Shown in pieces: positions 12,242 to 19,910 of a stretch of DNA of 32,000 bases (positions within the stretch are counted from its first letter, which is position 1; every line of letters starts with the position of its first letter). The stretch comes from Candidatus Saccharimonadota bacterium. Lineage in GTDB: Bacteria > Patescibacteriota > Gracilibacteria > BD1-5 > UBA2023. The notes under the pieces are model-generated. The model was not told where the DNA came from and did not search any database. It worked only from the letters and a program-made list of their open reading frames with translations. The stretch lies in contig BAAFHK010000001.1 in NCBI GenBank assembly GCA_042852035.1, positions 420,001 to 452,000 on the forward strand, read 5' to 3'. A program made the translations under genes and the position numbers.

Positions 12242-13187
12242 AATTGATGACATTCTCGAAAGCTGAGATGGAAAAGAAAATGTAGCAGCCCAAAAGCTGA
12301 TACATTTTATGAGAAAATACCATCCCAAGATACAAATTGATCGCAAATTTCAAAGAGATCTCAAATATCAGCTATTTTCAAAAACCAAGAAATCACCATT
12401 TGCCTGGTACTATAAACTTTCCTATTTTACTGTATTAGCGACATCTTTTATAGTTATTTTTAGCGGAATATGAAAGTATTTCTGGAATCAGAATACATAC
12501 ATTTCAAGTACTTTAAAAAATGAGTGAATAAATGATGCTTGAAGCATAGCTGAATCTCAGATAGAAACAAACACTCATATGAGCATGAAATCACTCCTGA
12601 TGGAAAAAAGCGTTAGTAACGATGCGATACCCACATCCAATGAACAATGAATACCAAATAATACAGAATCTCCCTCACCAAAAATTGCGACACAAACTAA
12701 TACAAAATCAGAAGACTTGGATCTCAAGAATCTTAATGATGAAATTATTGATATAGCAAACAACATTGATTCTATTTCCGATGCGCCTCAGGAAAATCTG
12801 TGAATCTCCTCACCAGAACCATGAATCTGATGAGTCCCCGCCAGAATGATGGTAAGCGCAGTATCTGAAGCTCAACCTATGAGACCTGAGGTATCTATTA
12901 ACTACCCAAATCAACTCATTATATATAAAAAATCTAGTGCCTGGCAGGATCATGAGATACAATCTCGAAGTGGAAGCGGTGTAGTAAAGGTTCTTGAAAG
13001 AACCATCACAAAATACGATTTATCCTCTCAGACACTTGACCTAGTAGCGGGAACTGAATTTATAGAATATAAAACTGCAAAAAAAGAATGAGATGTAAAT
13101 TTTTATCTCATTCCATCTCTCGGATACAAAAACAATAAGTGAGATACTCTATTTACTCCAATTATTGATTGATACAATCTCTATTAG
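12228..13187 (+). CDS. putative anti-sigma factor / single-pass membrane protein (319 aa)
   Basis: Overlaps the sigma gene stop by 14 nt. One TM helix (YYKLSYFTVLATSFIVIFSGI). The function call rests on position only. Confidence 0.4.
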
Positions 13188-13633
13188 GCGAGAAACTTTT
13201 CCGTGATGATTCTTATATTCGATGATGATGTTTCTTCTTTTGCATCAAGCATCATAACTTCATCGAGAGTAAACCATGAAGCATCACCAATATTTGATTC
13301 ATCATCGATCAGGGCTTTATAGTGAATAAGGAGGACTTGTTCTTCCTCTTCACGAAGATCAACTTCATCCATAAGCAATACGGGATGTTCTTCATCCAGC
13401 AGAGTTATTGTATTATTTCCGACTACTTCTTGACCATGATGAAGAGCGCTTTCACGAAATGTCATATGATCGTTGTATCTCCCGCCAATAAACTGCCACT
13501 TTCCAGTAGCGTGGGATTGATGAAGTAGTACTTTTTCCTTATTTTTTGAAATTACAACAGGTCAAGTAGCTATAGTAAAAGGGAATGTATTATGCGAAAA
13601 ATCAGAGCAAGGAAGGCAATAAAAAGTTGTCAT
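13184..13633 (-). CDS. Nudix-fold protein with degenerate Nudix box (149 aa)
   Basis: VVISKNKEKVLLHQSHATGKWQFIGGRYNDHMTFRESALHHGQEVVG resembles GX5EX7REUXEEXGU but lacks the canonical Glu residues. The track ORF extends upstream through a TGA. Confidence 0.45.
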
Positions 13634-13693
13634 AGATATAAGTGGTAACTAGAAATAAATACTACTCCAATTTTGAAAAAATGCGAGAAAGAG

Positions 13694-13951
13694 TTACAAA
13701 ACAATACCTCTCTGAATCCTCTTTGATTCCTCAATAATTGCGCGAAATATATCTCTAATTTCAAAATCTACCTTTTCATCATAAGAACTGAGAATCTCCT
13801 CTTCACGTCTAGAATCAAATATTTGCATACTATTCGCTTTTTTATAAAGAGCTACTTCCTTGGAAAGCTCCATTCTTCGAGAAAGAAGTTCTAGGATTTT
13901 TTCATCAATTGCAGATATTTCTTTACGAAGATCTATAAGATTATTTGTCAT
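13694..13951 (-). CDS. chorismate mutase, AroQ class (85 aa)
   Basis: LIDLRKEISAIDEKILELLSRRMELSKEVALYKKANSMQIFDSRREEEIL is a typical CM_2 helix pattern. I prefer the ATG at 13951 to the TTG at 13957 used by the track. Confidence 0.75.
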   Translation of the reverse strand: MTNNLIDLRKEISAIDEKILELLSRRMELSKEVALYKKANSMQIFDSRREEEILSSYDEKVDFEIRDIFRAIIEESKRIQRGIVL

Positions 13952-14187
13952 GGCCAAAAAAATTGTAAATACGCTTGAGGAGTAATTATACTCCTCATTT
14001 GAGTATATCCCCGATTTTCGGTTTTACAAACTTCATAATCTCATTCTTTCGATAAGTTGGAAATCCATATTGTATTCCTGAAGTAAAATAGTAAAATTCG
14101 AGATATTTACTGCCATTTACAAAAATACTATTGACTTTTTTTAAAAATAGTTATAAAGAATATAAATCTTATTTAACTTACTTTTTT

Positions 14188-15015
14188 ATGAGAAACCTTC
14201 GTTCTATTCTTGCTGCTGTTGTTAGTCTTTTTGGGCTTAGTTTATCTATGAGTGTTTTGGCACATGATGAATATCGCTATGAGAATTATTATAGCAACGC
14301 CTATAATTCTCGCCTTGCTACTGAATGTGATTTTTCAAGCATTAGTGTTGGTGTAGGAAATGTAAGAAATGGTGTCGTCGTAACAATTGATTCTCTTGAT
14401 GAGTGAGTAACTCGATGCATAAAGAACTCATCTTGGATTTCCTATTTTAGTAGCTTTGGGAATTCTGTAAGCATAGAAATAAATAGTACCACTCTCTGAG
14501 TTCAGATTATTGCAACAAGTACAAGTAACGAAGTGGCTACAAATCTAAAAAATACTCAATGGTCTCGACTTCTTTCTGCAAGATCTCCTACCTATCTCTC
14601 TTCACAATACAGTAATCGTATTACTCGAACACTTCCAAGGTACACCACTTATAGAAGAGAATATTCAAACTCGTCATACCAACAACCATACTATCAATAC
14701 CAGCAATATCCTCAATATACTTATAATCCTCAAGCTCGATCATATACAGCAGGGAGCTCACTTTTCAATACTTACCAAATGTATCGAACGATGACCTATC
14801 AAGCAAATGGCGTAAAAATCACCTTAAGTAGTCCAGACTACAACACATCACGAGCATTGCAATCATATTATTACACTGGTCTCTTCCGTGATCTTACAGG
14901 AATTTCGGTGAGCGTCGTAAATATTTCTGGATGAGTTGAGCTAACTGTCACTTCTGGAAATAGCAGTACTGTTGAGCAGATACAAAGAATAGGATATGCG
15001 CTTACCTATAACTAG
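14188..15015 (+). CDS. secreted protein with Tyr/Gln-rich low-complexity linker (275 aa)
   Basis: Signal peptide MRNLRSILAAVVSLFGLSLSMSVLA. Central stretch YSNSSYQQPYYQYQQYPQYTYNPQARSY. The two track ORFs (14131-14406, 14533-14934) join through TGA codons. Confidence 0.6.
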
Positions 15016-15016
15016 C

Positions 15017-15046
15017 AAAAACCCTCTCATTCGAGAGGGTTTTTAT
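15017..15046 (+). terminator. rho-independent terminator
   Basis: aaaaaccctctc-attc-gagagggttttt directly after the TAG at 15013-15015. Confidence 0.75.
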
Positions 15047-15253
15047 ATACTATAATTCATTTTACTAAGGACTCCTTCTAATCGATCAAATTTAAAACTG
15101 ATTCTTAGTAGAAAATTTCAGATTTGAGATAAGTCAATCAATAGAATTCAGTATTAAGATTCAAGAATCAACAACAAGAAGTTTACTTCTTTCCATTAAT
15201 TAGGAGCTTAGTAGCATATTCATTTTTGAGACTCTTAATATAAGTATTACTCT

Positions 15254-15284
15254 AAAAAAAAGAGTTATTTCTAACTCTTTTTTT
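15254..15284. terminator. orphan bidirectional terminator-like hairpin
   Basis: aaaaaaaagagtta-tttc-taactcttttttt. No ORF lies upstream on either strand. Like the 15017 hairpin, it is followed by tttatatactat. Confidence 0.5.
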
Positions 15285-15546
15285 ATATACTATTTATGGC
15301 AGCACTAGTCTTAAAAAGGTAGAACTTTTACAGACTCTAAATAAGTTGATATTGGCTTCAGAGAAGGGAAATACAAGGAACATATTCACTTGATAGTGAA
15401 GGGATTTTTTAGTCTGCAATTTTTACAACTAACTATTTCTTCAACTATGCCAACATTTATTCTTATCTTTGATAGCTCATAAAAGCTAAAAAAACAATTC
15501 AAAAAGTTCCAACATATTCTATTTATATTACTAATTTTTACAACTT

Positions 15547-15801
15547 ATGTACCCATCAATTATTACAAACACACTAGAACTAAATATACCTTACATCATT
15601 ACACTTATTGAAATATGTTCACTTGATGATCCTGAAGGATATGTAGCCTCATTTGATTTTAATAATCCTGAATCCTTTAATGATTTTCTACAAATACAAT
15701 TTTTAGATTCACTTATTAATTGTTGAGTGATTGAAATAGAAGACACCCAAAATTCAATAATAGTGAAAGCAAGAGGAGAATTTCTTACAAAAATTTCTTA
15801 A
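15547..15801 (+). CDS. small acidic hypothetical protein, family A copy 1 (84 aa)
   Basis: ORF MYPSIITNTLELN...FNDFLQIQFLDSLINCGVIEIEDT. Paralogous to 15855-16118, and the upstream leaders are also similar. Confidence 0.55.
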
Positions 15802-15854
15802 TTCAAATCAAACAAACCAGCAATATTCTTTTAATTTTTAACTTTTTATAACTT

Positions 15855-16118
15855 ATGTATCCAACAATAATTAATGATTCCCTTGAGTTCAATATGCTTT
15901 ATGCCTTTAAACTAGTTTACCTATATTTTATCTGTGATATGGAAGAGTTTGTTAATAAAATAGACATCAATGATCCTTCAACTTTTAATGATTATTTACA
16001 AGTACAATTTCTTCTAAAACTTATAGATGATTGAGTAATTGAGGTAGACACAGAGGCTGAGGATGGTGAATCCATAAAGATACAGGTTTATACAGATTGG
16101 ATCACTCCAGTATTTTAG
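15855..16118 (+). CDS. small acidic hypothetical protein, family A copy 2 (87 aa)
   Basis: MYPTIINDSLEFN...FNDYLQVQFLLKLIDDGVIEVDTE is collinear with copy 1. A TGA=Gly occupies the equivalent position (C/D-G-V-I-E) in both copies. Confidence 0.55.
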
Positions 16119-16167
16119 TTTCCAAGCACAGAAACCCTTATTTTATTTATTAACAATTAATACATTT

Positions 16168-16578
16168 ATGACAACAAAAAATCTTTTAGGGGCATACAAT
16201 ATAGTGACTAACCATTTTGAGCAAACATCCTTAGTAAATAGACTATTTGATGATTGAATAATCAGTCACTCTTTTATAGAATATCACATTACTGGTCTTA
16301 CTGAAGAAGAGGAAGAGAGTGGGGAATGGGAAAATTCTATTGATATTTATGAGTGGTTAGTATTCCCAGAGTTGATAGAGTCAGATTATGAGAAACTTAT
16401 TCAAGCATGAATACCTGTTTTAAAGACAGATTATGCTAATTGGGTTGCTACCACCAGCTATGGTTGTCACTATGATATGTTTATTCACCCTGAACTTATC
16501 AAAGCACTCTTTGATATAGAAACAGATTACTTTGAAATAGCAGAGATGAAGAAAAAGAGCCCTTGTTTGATTTCATAA
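16168..16578 (+). CDS. small acidic hypothetical protein, family B copy 1 (136 aa)
   Basis: YEWLVFPELIESDYEKLIQAGIPVLKTDYANWVATTSYGCHYDMFIHPELIKALFDIE. Paralog of 17112-17483. Confidence 0.6.
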
Positions 16579-16619
16579 AAGTGACCTACCCATATTTTAT
16601 TTTAATAATCTTTAAACCA

Positions 16620-16892
16620 ATGAACAATACAAAGTCCAAGAGATCCCCAGCATGAAAACAATTAACCAATGATTCTTTTCCTTGAAGAAGTCCAGAGTCA
16701 GATAGTATTTTCTTAAGATTATCAAGACAGAAACCTGAAGAATTCCATTTTTTAGATAAGATACTTGGTGAATGCTTAGAGAAGACTTTCCAGATTTTAC
16801 CAGCAGATGATGTTCCTGCAAATATTAAGAAGTTCCAAATGCTTGAAGCTATTGATAATCTAGTAATACAACTTCTCCTTCATAACAAATAG
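16620..16892 (+). CDS. hypothetical protein (90 aa)
   Basis: Plus-strand frame open with two TGA=Gly codons. Its composition is protein-like (PEEFHFLDKILGECLEKTFQILPADDVPANIKKFQMLEAIDNL). It is co-oriented with its neighbours and competes with the hydrophobic minus-strand track ORF 16612-16821. Confidence 0.4.
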
Positions 16893-16982
16893 AATTCTCA
16901 TTTCATAATTCTTATTAAAAACCAGTTTAATATCTAACTATTTATGCAGAAGGCAGTATTCCTGAGATGTTCCAATAACAAA

Positions 16983-17099
16983 AGTAATAAAAGTCACCAT
17001 GAATCATAACAATCATTAAAAATTGCAAGGTAGTACACAGTCTCCACCTTGCAATTTTTGTGTTTATGATTGTTGGAAGCGGAGGTGCTTTTTATTACT
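16983..17099 (+). promoter_or_regulatory. extended nested hairpin with conserved loop AGTACACAGTCTCC (copy 1)
   Basis: Outer stem agtaataaaa/ttttattact, middle stem aacaatcat/atgattgtt, inner perfect 14-bp stem aaaaattgcaaggt/accttgcaattttt (17018-17031 / 17046-17059). The 14-nt loop is at 17032-17045. A T-run follows the inner stem. The element ends 12 nt before the ATG at 17112. Confidence 0.5.
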
Positions 17100-17111
17100 A
17101 ACTTTTCTTAT

Positions 17112-17483
17112 ATGAAAGCATCATCTCCTCAATACCTGTCTAACTACTATAAATACGTTCGTTCTCATATCAATCAGACAATGCTTGTCGAAGAATTATT
17201 AAAGAAATCTATCATCTCTTATGACGATATAGAATGAATCTATGACGAAGAAACTGAAGAATATAGGGAAGTGTATCAATGGCTTATATTCAATAATTTT
17301 GATTCAAGAGATTATGAAAAACTCATTGCCAATAATATCCCTGTAATTCAATCTGATTATGAAACTTGGGTTGGTATTACTTCATTCTGAAGTCACTATA
17401 ACCTCTACGTATATCCTGAGCTTATCAATGCACTCTTTGATCTCAATATTTCTTATGAAGATATTCAGAATATCTCTCCGTAA
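17112..17483 (+). CDS. small acidic hypothetical protein, family B copy 2 (123 aa)
   Basis: YQWLIFNNFDSRDYEKLIANNIPVIQSDYETWVGITSFGSHYNLYVYPELINALFDLN is collinear with copy 1. Confidence 0.6.
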
Positions 17484-17500
17484 TAATTGGGAGAGTTTTT
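17474..17500 (+). terminator. rho-independent terminator overlapping the stop of 17112-17483
   Basis: ctctcc-gtaataattg-ggagag followed by ttttt. Confidence 0.6.
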
Positions 17501-17515
17501 ATAAATAGTATTTTT

Positions 17516-18058
17516 TTAAGCATCCCTTAATCTTTCTTTATTTTTTAAGTTATTTATAATAATATTAAGTTTTTCATCAGTTATTCATAGTTTTTTCTTA
17601 TAATCATCTGTATATATTTGAAGTTCCTTATCCAGAAGACTGGCTCTTTCGATAAAATCTGTAAAATATTTGAGCGTCTCTTTAATTCATTGCATAGATG
17701 AAAGTTTTTGGATATTTTCCTTAAAGTATTTGTGTATTAAGTAGTTTCTCATTTCTAATACTTCAATTAATTCCATTTCAATCTTTTCTGAAAAACTATA
17801 AATTTTCTTTAATTCATTTATCTGTTTTCACATTGTATGTCTTTTTCATTCAACTTCATTAACTAAATCATCAAATTCCTCTAGCGAGGTAACGTTATTA
17901 ATGAAAATATTTTTTATCCAAAGCATATTTTCAAATTCCTTTTCTAAGCATTGTCATTTATATATAGCTAAACCAAAATAAGCAAAAATTATTTTATCCT
18001 GAGAATCATTTTGCTCATTCTTATATTCCTCTAGAGCAAACTCATATAAATTAGACAT
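17516..18058 (-). CDS. putative HEPN-domain protein (RNxxxHxY motif), 180 aa
   Basis: All-helical-looking ORF ending ...LIEVLEMRNYLIHKYFKEN. RNYLIHKY fits the Rx4-6H HEPN signature in its DUF86-like form RNxxxHxY. Six in-frame TGA codons. Confidence 0.55.
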
Positions 18059-18076
18059 AGATTGTATTTTTATTAA

Positions 18077-18116
18077 AAATAAATTCTCCATTACTTGCAT
18101 AATAGAGAATTTATTT
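18077..18116 (-). terminator. hairpin downstream of tRNA-Trp
   Basis: aaataaattctc / gagaatttattt is a perfect 12-bp stem with a 16-nt loop. A T-rich tail follows on the minus strand. Confidence 0.5.
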
Positions 18117-18128
18117 TATAAATTAGAA

Positions 18129-18203
18129 TGGCAGCTCTGCTCAGAATCGAACTGAGGTCAACGGCTTTGGAGACCGCTACACTAACCGCTGTGCTACAGA
18201 GCT
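18129..18203 (-). tRNA. trnW: tRNA-Trp (anticodon CCA), CCA-3' encoded, 75 nt
   Basis: Hand-folded cloverleaf: acceptor AGCTCTG/CAGAGCT, D arm GCAC-AGCGGTTA-GTGT, anticodon arm GCGGT-CTCCAAA-GCCGT, 4-nt variable loop, T arm CTCAG-TTCGATT-CTGAG, discriminator G + CCA. A CCA anticodon reads UGG only, so UGA is not Trp here. Confidence 0.9.
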
Positions 18204-18263
18204 AAACAGTGTGTGTGATTATATGAAAAAGATTTTTTTGTCAATGCTAGGAGATGGGAAATA

Positions 18264-18869
18264 TTATTCATTAATCAATAATTCATGACTATCGGCTAAA
18301 GACCAAGTTAATCAATCCAGAATATTTCTAAGAGTATCTATATCGTTATACACTATGGTTACATACGTATATAAATCTGGAATACTCACATAATCTATAG
18401 GATGTTTAATAACACTATCATCTTTCTTGGTTGCATACCTAAAATTCATAGAAGATTCATCTACAATTCAGAACTCTTTTATAATTTCCTGTGTTTCATT
18501 TGGTATTGATATTGGAGAAATCTCTGAAATATCGATAAGCATGAGATTTAGATGATCCAATAGTTCCTTTATTTTATGATTCTTACTAAATCTTTTTATA
18601 TTCTTTCACAACTGCTGCTCTATCACTAGACATCTTTCAATTAATTCTTTCAATGCTATCTCCATAAAATGCCTATATAAAAATACTGCTGGGAATATTT
18701 TTTTATCAATATCGTATCATCAATCAGCAATTATCTGCTCTACAATATTATCTCATGCTAGTTTAAATCCATCAGCTATTCAATAAAGTGTTAGTATGGT
18801 ATTATCTCATTGCCAATTTAAACAAGCGTTTAAATTTGGATAGTTAGGATTCATTCAAAATACATTCAT
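18264..18869 (-). CDS. hypothetical protein with candidate Rx4H motif (201 aa)
   Basis: Open with eight TGA=Gly codons. Contains FLYRHFMEIALKELI ... KRFSKNHKIKELLDHL (R-x4-H) ... SSMNFRYATKKD. The HEPN-like assignment is tentative. Confidence 0.5.
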
Positions 18870-18931
18870 AATATGCTATGGAAAATTAATTACTAACATC
18901 GGATATTCAAGTTTAAAGTATCCAATTTACA

Positions 18932-19873
18932 TTATTGTATATTAAAACTTACAGAGATTCTTTTTGCAGCTTCAAAGAGTTCAGTAGCTAGTTTTTTTCT
19001 TCATCTTCATTCATCTGCCAATCAATCCTTGTGGATTTTTTCTCAGAGAAGTTTTAGGAATTCAGCAAGTTTTCAGTAATTGAGTTTTCAAATTCTCTCA
19101 CCTAGTGTAGCATTAGGAATACCTTGAATATCTGAGGTATGTTTTGGATTAAGGGGAGCTTTTAGAAATGGTTTACAGATTTCCCAAGCAGTCATGATAT
19201 GAATGGATGCTTCTTGAAGATTTTGTGATGCTTTTAGAATTAATCTATCTAATTCAGATGGATCATCTAATTCATTATGTTTCTTAGATTCAAGAGTAAG
19301 AGTCTCACTGAGTTTAGAAAGAACTGCTGCAAGGGCATCATAGTAAAGATCTCCTACCTTTTCAGCTAATTCTTCTTGATTCATTATTATTCATTCAACC
19401 TCTCATCTTTTTATATGTTTCTTAGCCTCTTCATCTAAAACAAAATGTTTTTCTAATGCTTCCTCATAGGTAAGACCTTCCCATTCCATTACTGCAAGAA
19501 CCATAGAATCCAAAAACATATCTATATCTGGATAGACCTTTCTCTCTGTTGCAATATCAATGGTAGTGTAGTGATATTTATCATCACCTACACCCATTCA
19601 TAAACTTCTCATATATTTTGCCTTCTCTGCCTTAGGGAGCACCTTCACTCATTCCTTCATTTTCTTAGCCTGTTCTTCCTGATATTTTATATAAGCTTCA
19701 GCAATATGAGTACCTTCTGAAACTAAAGTAAATACAGGAATGTTGTCTACAAAAACAGTATCTTCATACTTTCCATTTCATAAATCCTTTCTTTCTATCT
19801 TTTGATTAGAAGAAATGGTATATGTCTCAATCTGAGGATTTCAAGAATGTATAAGTGAATCAGGAGTAAGCAT
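18932..19873 (-). CDS. hypothetical protein (313 aa); joins track ORFs 19403-19597 and 19088-19384 in frame
   Basis: No TAA or TAG between the ATG at 19873 and the TAA at 18932-18934. The two track ORFs are linked by ...KKHIKR-G-EVE-G-II-MNQEE..., with the two Gly = TGA at 19403-19405 and 19391-19393. No recognisable domain. Confidence 0.55.
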
Positions 19874-19910
19874 ATGTTTTATTATATAGTATTTTTATAA
19901 ATAATGAAAT

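Larger units (their letters stand above)
15520..16118 (+). repeat. diverged tandem duplication (gene A plus its leader ...aatttttacaacttATG / ...ttataacttATG)
   Basis: Both the leaders and the coding sequences of the two units can be aligned by eye. I have not computed percent identity. Confidence 0.6.

Noticed and set aside
15092-15196. 34-codon minus-strand ORF MERSKLLVVDSGILILNS..., resembling the start of a response-regulator receiver domain
   Set aside because: It is far too short. The similarity is limited to a hydrophobic-VVD pattern that arises easily by chance, and there is no continuation in any frame.
15296-15303. ATGGCAGC identical to the 3' end of the tRNA-Trp gene region (18128-18135), as a possible att direct repeat bounding a 2.8-kb tRNA-targeted island
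   Set aside because: The identity is only 8 nt (about 10 of 12 with mismatches), which is compatible with chance in 32 kb. No integrase or recombinase gene lies between the repeats.
16612-16821. Track ORF 16612-16821(-), 69 aa
   Set aside because: It competes with the plus-strand ORF 16620-16892, which has more protein-like composition and the same orientation as all neighbouring small genes. Neither reading is proven.
16983-17099. Interpretation of the long imperfect palindromes as integron attC sites separating promoterless gene cassettes
   Set aside because: I could not find the RYYYAAC / GTTRRRY core sites at the ends. There is no intI gene or attI in the window, and only two elements exist for at least six small ORFs.
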